Assembly (NCBI GenBank): GCA_031835245.2
Contig: JAVKOQ020000008.1
Coordinates: 372,001 to 436,000 of the forward strand
Direction: 5' to 3'
Length of the DNA: 64,000 bases
Origin: Balamuthia mandrillaris
Taxonomy: Eukaryota
The notes beneath the pieces are model-generated. The model was not told where the DNA came from. It saw only the letters and a program-made list of their open reading frames with translations, and made no database searches. Position 1 is the stretch's first letter. Every line of letters begins with the position of its first letter. Shown piece by piece: positions 16,295 to 27,442 of this stretch. The position numbers and the translations under genes were made by a program.

Positions 16295-18994
16295 ATGCAT
16301 AAAATGCAATGCGCAACGAAAGTGCCTGCCCTGCGCAGAGAGGCTCTCTCCGCTTTGACCACCCGCAACAAGGCCCTGCTTCCGTCCACAACTTCCTCCT
16401 CCCTCTTCTCCTCCTGCTGTGGACGATCCTTGTTCACCTACAGCTCTTCTTCCTGCTCCTCCTCTGCCTCTCATAAGGTCTCTCCTCTCCTTCTCGCTGC
16501 CAGAAGGGAGCTTCAGTCTTCTTCCGTCTTTTCCTCCAGAAGAGGTTATGCTGTCTTCAATCCGAACCATGGCAAAAAGTCGAATGCCTTCAGCCATAAG
16601 ACTGCCTGGCTGGTGGGAGCGGTCGTGACTGGAGGATATCTGCTCTATATGATGGAACGCCTGGAGAGGGACGTGGACAAGACCGACGCCAAGCTGGCCG
16701 GGGCCAAGGAGCCGGCCAGAGAGAAGGCCAGAGAGGCCGGCGTACGGGAGGACCACGACATGACCGCCCTTACCAAGAAAGGTTACGACAAGCTGAGAGA
16801 AGGAACCAGTACCGCTATCAAGAAGACCACCGGCATCGAGGTCGGCGAGCAAAAGGACCACAGAAGCAAGGAGGAGAAGAGGGAGGACGCTCGCATGCAG
16901 GACGCTGTGCAGAGAAGCAGAGAGGAGGCCAAGAATAACCATCCGGAGCTGTACAAGCGAGCGAAGAGGGAGGGACGCGAGGCGTATGGTGAGTACGAGG
17001 AGCATTACGAGAAGGTGCCCACCTTGAGGGAGGAGGCAGCTGAAACGCTGCAACAAGCCAAAGAGAAGACGAAAGAAGTGGCAGAAAAAACAAAAGAGAC
17101 GTATCGAGAGGGCAAAGAGATGGCCCGTGAAGTCTCCGACAAGGCCAAACAAACCTACCAAAAGAGCAAAGATACGGTTGGACAGATGGCAGAAACGGCG
17201 GAAGAAACGTACGAACGAGGCAAGAAGAAAACCGAGGAGGCTTGGCAACAGGGAAAGCAGGTGGCTGGAGAGGTCGCGAAGAAAGTGGAGGAGACCTACG
17301 AAAAAGGAAAGGAGAAAGGAAAGGAGTTGGGAGAGAGAGCCAAAGAACAGTATCAGAGAGGGAAGGAGAAAGCAGCTGAGATGGCGGAAGAGGCGGAGGA
17401 AACTTACGAAGAAGGTAAAGAGAAGGCTAAACAAGTTGGAAGATCCGTTCAGGACAAGTACCAACGAGGCAAAGAGAAGATGGGAGAAATGGCAGAAGAA
17501 GCCGAAGAGTCCTATGAAAAAGGCAAAAAGAAAGCCAAGGAAACAGTCAGAACTGCTCAAGACAAATATCAACAAGGAAAAGCGAAGATTGGAGAGATGG
17601 CAGAAGGAACAGAAGAAATTTATGAAGAAGGTAAAGAGAAAGCGAAAGAGGCAGCCAAAACGGCTTCAGTCAAGTACCAACGAGGCAAAGAGCAGATGGA
17701 AGGAACTTACGAAGCAGGCAAAGAGAAAGCCAAGGAAGCAACCAGAAGTGCTCAAGGCAAGTACCAACGAGACAAGGAGCAGATGGAAGAAACATACGAT
17801 GAAGGAAAGCAAAAAGGAGAAGAATTAGGAGAACGAGCCAAACAACAGCTTCAACGCGGCAAAGAGAAAGCAGAAGAGTTGTATCAACGAGGCAAGGAAA
17901 AAACTGGAGAAACCTACGAAGAAGGAAAGAAGGCAGAAGAAGGATACCAAGGAGGAAGGCAAAAAGGCGAGGAATTGGGAGAGAGAGCGAAACAACAACT
18001 TCAACGAGGCAAAGAAAAAATGGGCGAGGTGATTGAGGCCGGTAAAGAGAAGGCAAAACAAGTGAAGGAGAAGACCCTAGAAGCGTTTGAGAGCGGTAAA
18101 GAAAGAGCAAAGGGAGCTGCTGAAGAATTGCATAAACAACAAAGAAGAGGACGCGATGAAGTAGAACAAAAAGGAATGTTGCAGAAAGCCAAAGACACAG
18201 CGGTAGACACTTACGAGCAAGGCAAAGAGAAAGCCAAAGAATTGGGGCAAGAAGCCAAAGAAGCGATGAAGCCGCGTCCTGAACAATCACCAAAACGTCA
18301 CGTGGAAGAAGAAGCTAAACCAAAGCAGGACCAACAACAACCTGGTCTGCTACAGAACATCGCGATGGTGGGACACGAGTTGGTGGACAAAGTGGCTCAT
18401 AAAGCTGGTGAAATTGTAGGAGGAACACGAAAAGAGAATGACGAAGAGCGACAGAAAGCCATCGAGAAAGAAGCGGAACAAATTCGACGAAGAAATAGAG
18501 GAGAAAAAGAAGATAAGGGAAGAAGAGGCGGAGAAGCAGAAAAAGGAATGATGCAGAAAGCCTCTGATAAAGCCCACGAACTGGACGAAGCCACAAAAGA
18601 AGCTCTAGATCAAATGTCCGACGAAGAGAAAAAGCAGAGAAAACGATCCTCGTCTTCTCTCCCTCCTCCAAAACAACCTACTGAACCAACAAAAGAGCGA
18701 AAGGAGGAGAAGGAAGGAGATCTCGCTCCTTGGATGAAACCAGACACAAGACATCGCAACCTGGACAAACGCTACCAAGCTATCAAAGACTCTGCGGAGG
18801 AAGTCAAACGTAAACCCTTTGAGAGAAGAGATGCTGCCTATCGCGCTCGCAAAGAAGGCTCTTTGAGGCACTACAACGATGCTCAGTCCACTTACACAAT
18901 GCAAGAGACGCCTCATATCGACGGCAAGAGCCTCGAGCAGACCAGAGAGGCAGCAAAAGGCACCACTCGCGGCGTTCGTCAAACCAGCAGGTGA
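16295..18994 (+). CDS. LEA-like/apolipoprotein-like amphipathic helical repeat protein with predicted mitochondrial presequence and one TM segment, intronless
   Basis: R/S/L-rich acid-poor N-terminus ending RRGYA, hydrophobic WLVGAVVTGGYLLYM, then many YxxGKEKA repeats spaced 11 or 18 aa apart. Start may instead be 16304. Confidence 0.75.
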   Translation: MHKMQCATKVPALRREALSALTTRNKALLPSTTSSSLFSSCCGRSLFTYSSSSCSSSASHKVSPLLLAARRELQSSSVFSSRRGYAVFNPNHGKKSNAFSHKTAWLVGAVVTGGYLLYMMERLERDVDKTDAKLAGAKEPAREKAREAGVREDHDMTALTKKGYDKLREGTSTAIKKTTGIEVGEQKDHRSKEEKREDARMQDAVQRSREEAKNNHPELYKRAKREGREAYGEYEEHYEKVPTLREEAAETLQQAKEKTKEVAEKTKETYREGKEMAREVSDKAKQTYQKSKDTVGQMAETAEETYERGKKKTEEAWQQGKQVAGEVAKKVEETYEKGKEKGKELGERAKEQYQRGKEKAAEMAEEAEETYEEGKEKAKQVGRSVQDKYQRGKEKMGEMAEEAEESYEKGKKKAKETVRTAQDKYQQGKAKIGEMAEGTEEIYEEGKEKAKEAAKTASVKYQRGKEQMEGTYEAGKEKAKEATRSAQGKYQRDKEQMEETYDEGKQKGEELGERAKQQLQRGKEKAEELYQRGKEKTGETYEEGKKAEEGYQGGRQKGEELGERAKQQLQRGKEKMGEVIEAGKEKAKQVKEKTLEAFESGKERAKGAAEELHKQQRRGRDEVEQKGMLQKAKDTAVDTYEQGKEKAKELGQEAKEAMKPRPEQSPKRHVEEEAKPKQDQQQPGLLQNIAMVGHELVDKVAHKAGEIVGGTRKENDEERQKAIEKEAEQIRRRNRGEKEDKGRRGGEAEKGMMQKASDKAHELDEATKEALDQMSDEEKKQRKRSSSSLPPPKQPTEPTKERKEEKEGDLAPWMKPDTRHRNLDKRYQAIKDSAEEVKRKPFERRDAAYRARKEGSLRHYNDAQSTYTMQETPHIDGKSLEQTREAAKGTTRGVRQTSR

Positions 18995-19209
18995 ACGCGA
19001 CGGAGGAAGGATGATGATAATCCTCCCTTCTCTCTATTGTATAGCTCTTCATACCTTCAAAAGAAAAAGATGGTTTTTCTTATTTGTTTACTTTCAAGAA
19101 AAAGGACAAACGATTGAATGGGTTGTGTCCTTTTATGGAGTGGCGTTGGTGTGTCTCTTCGTGTGGGTGATGGGAATGTCGTCTTCACCAGCCGAGGCAC
19201 CAGGGAGGA

Positions 19210-22200
19210 ATGGGCTGTCGGAAGGGGAGGTTATGGCGATGGTGGTTGGTCTGGGCCGTCTTATGCTGTCTAACGGTGCACGGCCAGTTCTTCTTTCCAA
19301 CAACCGACATCGCGGTTTGCAGAAGAGGAGAGTGCGTGACATCGTTCCTTCCCTGTCCCTCAGCAACATGCTCCGCTGACTTGAACTTTAAAAAAGCTGC
19401 GATGTGAAGATATTGGTGAAAGCTTACCTTACCAATGAAGGGCACAACTGGGAGCTAGAATACACGCTGGATGATGGTAAACCTTTCTTTCTTTCTGCTC
19501 TGCAAGCCGCTAACAACTGGCGACAAAGACGTAAGTTTCAAGGATCAGTATGACCGCACATGGAAAGCAGCAGAACCTATCCAGCTCCGTCTTCGTCGCA
19601 CCCTGTCACGAATAGGTCCTCCTTTCGTTTCTGTTTCATTCTAACTCTTTCTGTTGCTTCCGCTGAAACAGGCTTTGTCTCACTCTAACAGAATACGGAA
19701 TGACCTACGAAGGAGCCTACAAGAACGCGTACGAAGTTCGAACGGGACGGACTTCCTCCGAGCGTTGTCTCGCCGATCGCGTGTGCTGTCCCAACGACGC
19801 CTCCTTCTTCCCTCTCATCGGCTCCGAGAGCTACTTGGCTCAAAACCAAACTCTCTATCACGCCTTCTCCGTCGGAAGAGGCAGCTGGGTCTATGCCGTC
19901 GAGGTCACCGCCACGCAGGGAACCGCCTTTGAGAGCTTGCGTCTAAGCAACCTCAACCCCTCCGACTCGATGCCCAGTTTAACCGCTCAAGTCTCCAGCA
20001 GTTCGTTGGTGCTCTCCTCGTTTGCTGACTTCAGTCCCTTTCGCTTGGTTTCATCGGAGGAGGAGAGCAAGGAGAAGGCCTTCGTGGTGCCGCTGCACCG
20101 GTTCGGCACCGACGTGAACAGGATCGGCATAACCAAACAGAGTTGGATGAACCACAAGCGATGCGAGGCTTCTCCTGAAACCTCGCTTACCGCAGTCGAT
20201 GGAGGTTCCAGGTTTGCTTTTTCATCTTTTATGGGAAGCGCTTCAGCCTTCTAACCTGCTTTTGTTATGTCGTCGAAGATATGATCAGTTTTCAAAGTTT
20301 CGAGGAGACACGGTGAATACTCTGGCTGAAGGGTGTCTGCTTATACCAGAGCTCTCGTTCACTGATCCCAGCAAACCTTCGCAGCTTAAACAGGTTTTTT
20401 GCGTTCGCTTCCGCTTCCTGTTTGCAATGCTTCTCACGCTGTCTCTAAAAAGTCGTTTGACTGCGAAAACGTTGGCTCGCTAAGGGTTCTGATGGAACTC
20501 TCCACAAGCTCCTTTCGACTGAGAGCTTTGTTTGGCCGTCCTTTCATAACCGTTCGTGCTCTTCGCTCTCTTCTCGCTGTGTTATCGTCTTGTTCTTTTC
20601 TGACTTGAACAAAAAGGCATCGGGCGTGTTTCCAATCCAAGATGGCGATACCCAAGCATTGTTATGTAAGCTCAATCGTTCGTCTGTCTGGTTGTTCTTT
20701 CGTTTCTGTCTCTTCTGATGACTATGGTTTCCTTCTTCTTCGCGGATGCAGACATTGATTGCAGCAACCAGGGAGATAGCACAGGCGTTTTTGAGTTTCA
20801 GCCGGTGCGATGCTGCATAGAGCTGGCTAGTCGCTTGCAAATGGATTGTGAGGTTGACATTCTTTTTTTGTTTTCTTCTTCTTCCTCTCCTGTTTCATTC
20901 TGTGCACAGGAAAAGCTAAAAGAGTGAATGTAGAGTGTTTCATTTGCGCGTGCCCTCTCGAGAACTATCGACAAAGACGAAACCGCACGAGTGATATTCA
21001 CGATCCATAACGAGGTCCTTCTTCCATTACAGGTTTTGTCTTTTCTCGTTCACTTGTCTTCTCATTCGTATTCGTATTCGTATTTGCCTTCGTCTTCTTC
21101 TTTCATTCGTACAACAAACAGGAAGCATTCAACACGAAAGGTTTCTGCCAGTTCGACATCGTGCAGCATGGTCTCACCGAGCTCACTCATCAAGTAAACT
21201 TTAGCACTCAGGTCATCCCCATTGCTCCGCCTCCCGGCTCTATTCCTATCTCAGGTTTCTTCCTCCTTCATTCATTCCTCCTTCATCCTTCTGGCTGGTT
21301 TCCAACTGCGTTCGTATCTCCTAAAAAACCAAACAACAAAAAGATGATGAGAGTTGTGCTCCACCAAAAAGAGTGGTACAAATGGGAGGGCAAAAGTACT
21401 GTCAACCTGCATGCACACCCGACCAGAACTTTCATGAGCCAACGCAAGCATGCCTCCCAGTGGATTGCGTCCTGAAATACCTCGGCACTCGCAACTGGTA
21501 TGACGCCAACCAAGGTCGTTGCGTTCCTGCTGCCATTTGTGAGGATGATCAAGTATGTCGTGTTCTAGCTTTCCCCACGAAGCATGTGTTAACTTTCTGG
21601 GAAAAAGGTGTTTGATGAGTTGAGCAATGAATGTGACAAGAACTTACCGCCCGACTTTGAAAGTGGAAGCACCTCTTCAGCACATAGTAATGATGATAAC
21701 GGTGGCATCAGTCCTGTTCCTCCAACAAAGGTTTCTATTAATGTTCTTCTTCTCACTCTTCTTCCTTTCTTCTTTCTCTTCTTCTAGTTCTAGTTCTTGT
21801 TCTTCAGCTTTCCCGCATTGCTCTCTTCGGTAGTTGATTTTCGTATTATTGCTTTTGTTTGTTTGTAGGTGGTAGATTGTGGTCCAAATGGCCGTTTGAT
21901 GGCCAATAACCTGAGTTGTGAGTGCAATAAAGGGTGGAGCAACGAACCGAATCAAGACATCTTTACGTACGTGTGGTGCACGCGCCATGGCAAAGACCTC
22001 GCTGGTTTCCAAGACCCATCGGAAGATCCTCAGCCGAACACCACGGTTTCCTTCTTTCCTTGCCTCCTTTCTCACATCATCCCTCTTCCTTTGACTTCAT
22101 GCTTACATCTTTCTTGCCTTCTCTTCTCATTGCTCTCCCTCTTCCTCTTGCTTTTACAGATAATCGGAGTGTTCATCGGAGTTGTGGTAGGTTGCTGTTT

Positions 22201-22711
22201 GCTCTGCGGAGTTGGGTGCGGTCTGTTGTGGAAACGAAAGCAGTTAAGAGCAAGAAAGAAAAAGAGGAAAGCATTAGCAGCAATAGAACAGAGGGAACAA
22301 GACCTTCTCTCCAGAGTGGCAGCCATGTTGCCTGCTGGATGGAACGTTGTTGATATTAGAGCGTCCGATATCACTTTAAAGAAAGATGCAGGCAAAGGAG
22401 ATGATAGCACCATTAAAAAGCAGAAAGAAGACGATGAATTGGAAAGTGGAGAAAGAGAAAAGAGTGTGGAGGAAGCATGCGTCGTTGATTCGACGATAGA
22501 GAACAAGGAGGAGAAGAAAAAGAAAGAAAAGGGGAAAGAGAGAATAATGATAAATACGCCTTCTCCGGGAGTAACATCTTTACCACTCACTCGAGGAAGA
22601 AGAGCACCAAGTAATGGTTTGTTGAGACTTGTTGTTGGCTATGAAGAAGAAGAAGAAGAAGAAGAAAATGAGGAGAAAGCTGAAGATGGAAATGGTGGGA
22701 AAGATTCGTGA
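19210..22711 (+). CDS. HAP2/GCS1 (fusexin)-like type I membrane protein with extra Cys-rich/EGF-like stalk (gene A), about 13 exons
   Basis: Manual splicing gives a signal peptide, then CRRGDCDVKILV, PIQLRLRRTLSRIEYGMTY, VCCP, LYHAFSVG, FVVPLHRFGTDVNRIGITKQSW..RC, LMELSTSSF, CSNQGDSTGVF, FCQFDIVQ..VNFST, Cys-rich repeats, a Cys-rich TM and a polybasic tail. These are colinear with remembered HAP2 sequence. Confidence 0.75.
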
Positions 22712-22828
22712 GTTGATTCAGAAAACAATTGTACATAGAACAAAAAAAAGTTAAACACAAAAACTCGTCAATTAAAAAAATAAATAAAAGAATGAGGGAG
22801 AGAGAGGATTGCTTTTCTGCTGTTGTTT

Positions 22829-25800
22829 CTACATGTTCATGAACCGAAGAGAGCGATTCTCTCTTTGCCGATGTTTTGTGTTGGAGAAAGGCATTGTCCC
22901 ACCTCCACACAAACACCGCTGAAGGCAGTAGAGAAAACCTGTCGCTAAAGAAAGAATCGTCACCCATTTGATCACTCTTCTTTGCGTACTTGTTCTCTTT
23001 GCATCCAAACGCCTGGGGTTGTGAAAAACAAAAAGAAAAAGCACAATTATAAAAATTAGTAGCAAAGAAAAGTAAAACAAGAGAGCAGCAGCAGAAGAAG
23101 AACAAGAAGAAGAAGAGCAAGAGCAAGAGCAAGAGCAAGAGCAAGAGCAAGAGCAAGAGCAAGAGCAAGAGCAAGAGCAAGGCAGAGCAAGGCAAGAGCA
23201 AGAGCAAGGCAAGAGCAAGGCAAGAGCAAGGCAAGGCAAGAGCAAGAGCAAGAGCAAGAGCAAGAGCAAGAGCAAGAGCAAGAGCAAGAAGAAAAGCGTA
23301 CATGGCTTGGTATTCATCCCAGTAAAGAACAGCATTCGCCTGTCCTTCTGGCAGTTCAAAAGCGGAAGGATGTGGGAAGAGCGAATTGTACAAGTCACGA
23401 ATGTAACGCAGCACTCTCCTGCTTGAAGGCTTTGTGTGATCAATGTCATCATTGACGCAAACAAACTTTCTGGGATGTTCCCGAATGCCGTCCAACATGC
23501 GTTGAGCGCTGGTGGCGTTGCCTGAGAGCATGACAAAGGCGACGTCGTCCGTGCCCTGAACCTCGTACTTGTTCTTGGAGCGAGAGACTTGGTGGTTGTA
23601 GAGCTGGTTCATTACCTCTTCGCAAGAGAGCAGTTCTTCTTTGTTGATGCGAATGGGATCTATTTCTTCTTCGATATATTCTTCTTCCTCTTGTTTCTCT
23701 GTTTGCTTATCCTCGTTTTCGTTTTGTTGTTGTTCTTGTTGCTCCTGATTTGGCAATTCCACGGCCTGAGCAACGCCTTCATTTTGTGTATTCGCTTCTT
23801 CTCGTTCTCGTTCTTGTTGTCCTTCTTGTTGCTCTTGTTCGTGTTCTTCCTCTTCTCGGGTTAATTCGGGAGGATGGATTTGGTCTTCCTTGTCTTCTTG
23901 TTGTTGCTGTTGTTCTTCTTGTTGTGCTTGTTCTTGAGGAAGGGCGCAAAGATTGAGGGGATCCTTCAACTTTGCCTTAAAGTCATTCCACGTGCTTTCG
24001 CTCAACGGGGAGCCATAAAGTCGCGTGGCCAGAGTGCGGAGCTCGTTATAGTCCAAATCACCAGAGCCATCGCCATCGAACCTCTGCCAAACGTCTTCAA
24101 ACTCAAAGCCTGCTTTCTCGTGTATGAGAAAGTAGAAGTAGGAGAAGGCATATTGCATGTCTTTTGGACTGCGAAAACGATGAGAGGAAGTCTCTGCGAA
24201 ATGTTCTGGCCAACGGGCTTGCAGTCTCTCCATCACTTGGATGTCTATCATATGAGGCATGTGTGCGATAACATTTCTGGCTGAGGGACCAAACTCTTGG
24301 TCGAGCAAAGAGTTGACGAAGCGAAGAGAATCTCCAAATGTGTCCAACAGTTGTCGTCGTTGCTTGTTATTATTGTTGTTTGCGTTTTGTTCTTCTGGTT
24401 GTTGTTTTTCTTCTTCTTTACCCCATTCAGAACGTTCCCAAGGAAAAAGAGAAGGCGGAGGTTGATTCTTCAGCTTCTTCTCTAATTCTGCCCAGTAGCT
24501 TTGTGATTGATGAGGAGATTCTGGAGGAAACGAAGAAATCAAATCGGATTCACGAGAAAGAGGCACCGGCTCTTTGGCCAATAGCCGACGCAAGTTTCTT
24601 GCGCGTTCCAAAGCTGCTTTTAAGGCTTGCTCTTCTTCGCTGAGTTTTCTGTCGACTATGTGTTCTTCTACTACGTTCTGTGTTGCTCTTTCTTCATTAT
24701 TCACTGTTTGTTGTTGCTCCGCATCGTTATCGTCCATCTCTTGTTCTTCGTGTTGTTCTTCTGTCGGTGTTGTTGCTTCCGCGGCATCTGTCGTGTGGTC
24801 TTGTTGTATTGTTGATGGAGGTAATAAGCCAGCTCGCAACACGATGTTGTATTCTGTTTCCACGTCGTTTTCAGACGTTTTAATAGAGATGGCTACATCC
24901 TGTCGTGTTACATTGCTAAAAAAAAGTCAGTAATACAAAATAGGGAAGAGTCTTTTCTTTTTTGAGAAAGAGAGAACGGAGGAGAGTGCGTGAGAGCGAG
25001 AGATGAGCTAACCGATGAAACGTGAGAGTCATGAGTTTATGCTTTTGTGAGATGGTGGCAGAACGAATCAAATCAGAATCCTCATGAGAGCCATCCACGA
25101 TGCGTGCCTCATGTACAAGTCCACTGAGTCCAACGTATGCTGCCAAGACATCACCAGGTATTTCTACGACAGCTCCGCTCTATATTTTTAAAACCAGAAA
25201 TGATGCATTCGTAAGAAAAAATATAGGAGGAACGAAAGAAATAGAATATAACCTCTGTGACGTTGGCACCATATACGTTGGAAATAACGGTTTCGACGCC
25301 ACAATCTCCTGCATCCATACCACAGTCTTTGTTCTTGCAAGGCTCATCGCAGTACTTATCTCCTATCCAACTTTTTTTGTCGTAGGTTTTGTTACTAAGC
25401 TAGAGAGTAGAGTAGAGTAGAAAGAAAATCTTTGAGAACAAACCTGTCAGGACATCCCCAGCTACAGTACTGGTTGGCCTCTGAATTCTTTGACCCTGTC
25501 ATATGTTATAAATGAGAGAGCAGAGAGCAGAGAGAGGATTAACTTACAGGGAAAAGACCATCCACCGCCCACACCTTGATTAGGAGCAACTCCAACACAA
25601 TCTCCTCCATCCCAACTGCAGGCACTGACATTGCAAGCCACATCACAATATCCATCTTTAATCCAACCAGCAGGACATCCAGGAGCACAGTCAGGAACAG
25701 GCCATGCCAAAAAGACCTTTTGTCCTTTGCCCTGTGTGTAAAAGTCGTCCGGCCATATGGGAGAAGAAAAGAGTGTGTCATCGTTGAGATAGAGAAACTT

Positions 25801-26103
25801 ATTGGAGAGACCGGGAATACGATGAAGGTGTGCCTCTATTGCGGGAGAGGAGAAGGTAGGGAGGTGGCTCTTGTTGAGGAAGATCATGTCGTGGGTGATG
25901 AGGCGGATGCGAGGATGGGAGAGGTCCAGCCAGTAGGGAATCTGGCCGTTGGTTACCACGTAGATGTTGCGCACCCACGGTGCATTGAATTCCAAGGAAC
26001 GAAGGGAGTAACGCAAGTCTTCGTTGTCTGTGTTGCGTTCGGTTTTTTTTTTTTTTGTGTGTGTGTGTGTGTTATTGTCTCTTAGATTTTTTTCTGTTTT
26101 CTC

Positions 26104-26178
<75 letters not shown>

Positions 26179-26940
26179 CGACAAAACAAACCTATGAAAC
26201 GGCTGAGAGAGTCGCTGTCACGATAACAATTTTGGGAGGCAGCATCAGCTGTGGAAGAGGCAGGTGAAGTTGTTGCAGCATCGTTGTTGTTGTCGTTGTG
26301 GTTGTTGCGTTTGTCGGCACTAGTCTCTGCGTTCTCTTCATCCTTTGGAGTGCACAAGTCTTACCGAGCAAGAGTAAGTATAAAAAGAGACTAACAGAAG
26401 AGAGAGAGAGAGAGAGAGAGAGAGATGAGAGAGAGAGCTTACAGCTATTATCGCCTAGCATGCTCTTCGTCCGCGCGATCGCTGGTTCACCGCAGAAACA
26501 GAAGAAGAAAAGAAAAAAAGCAACATTTCAAACAGAGCAATGAGACGCAAGCAACAAAAGAAGAAGGAGAAGAAGAAGATGATGGAACACAAGCAAAAAG
26601 GAGCAAGAGAAGCGGGATCAAGTAAGGAGAACGCGAACGAAGAAGAAAAAGCATACGAACCTTCAAGCAGACGCGGGTCGCTGCCATTCACCCACGTGTA
26701 CACCACATCGATCTCCGGAGCGCAGAGATTGTCCTCAAAGGAGCGACCCACGATGTTGTTCCCCCAATCCCGGAAGAAGAGCGAGGAGGGGGAGGAGTAG
26801 GCAGCGTTGTCCAGCAGGTGGTCCACGATGGAGAAGGTGGTGTTGAGGAGGAAGAGCATGCCCACCACGCAAGCGGCCATGCCCCACCGCGTGGACAGGA
26901 ACGTCAGGAACTTGCGCTGCACCAGCTTGCGCAGCGTCAT
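22829..26940 (-). CDS. GNPTAB: GlcNAc-1-phosphotransferase alpha/beta precursor (Stealth family, GNPTAB-like), multi-exon
   Basis: N-terminal [15 protein letters not shown] (Stealth CR1), [32 protein letters not shown] (CR2), LNR repeats, [15 protein letters not shown] (CR3), an EF-hand, [10 protein letters not shown] (CR4) and a C-terminal TM. Confidence 0.92.
23100..23290 (+). repeat. (GAGCAA)n / (GGCAA)n intronic microsatellite
   Basis: Tandem repeat visible in the last GNPTAB intron. Confidence 0.9.
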
Positions 26941-27442
26941 TTCTCTCGCCCCTCTAGAGTTCTCTCTTCCCTCGCCTCCGCAAAGAGAGAATCTTTCTTT
27001 CACGATTTCTTCTTTCTTTTTGTGTCGAAAATGTGCGAAGCACCCCTCGTGAATAACCACGTCGTCATGGTTTTATTTAATGTCGATGTTCCATGTCGTC
27101 ATGTTAATCGGGTGTTTCGTGTCGACGTCAATACTGCATCGTGTCGTCATTTGTATACGCATTCCGATCTCTGTAAAGATTTCGGGAATGATGGGACCAA
27201 TCGGCACACGCCACATCATCTGTAAATATTAAAAACCCCTCGACTCATTGTCGACAAATAACAATTTACCGTTTCGCTTTTCTTTTTCGTCGCTCTGCCC
27301 TCTAATTTTTTTTTCCTCTTCTCTTCGACACCAACAACAACCTAAACACACAGACACACACCCGTTGGGCGGCCTGTTTTCACCGTTGGGCGACGATCAC
27401 ACACACCACACACACACTAAATAATTTTTTTTTTAAAAAAAC

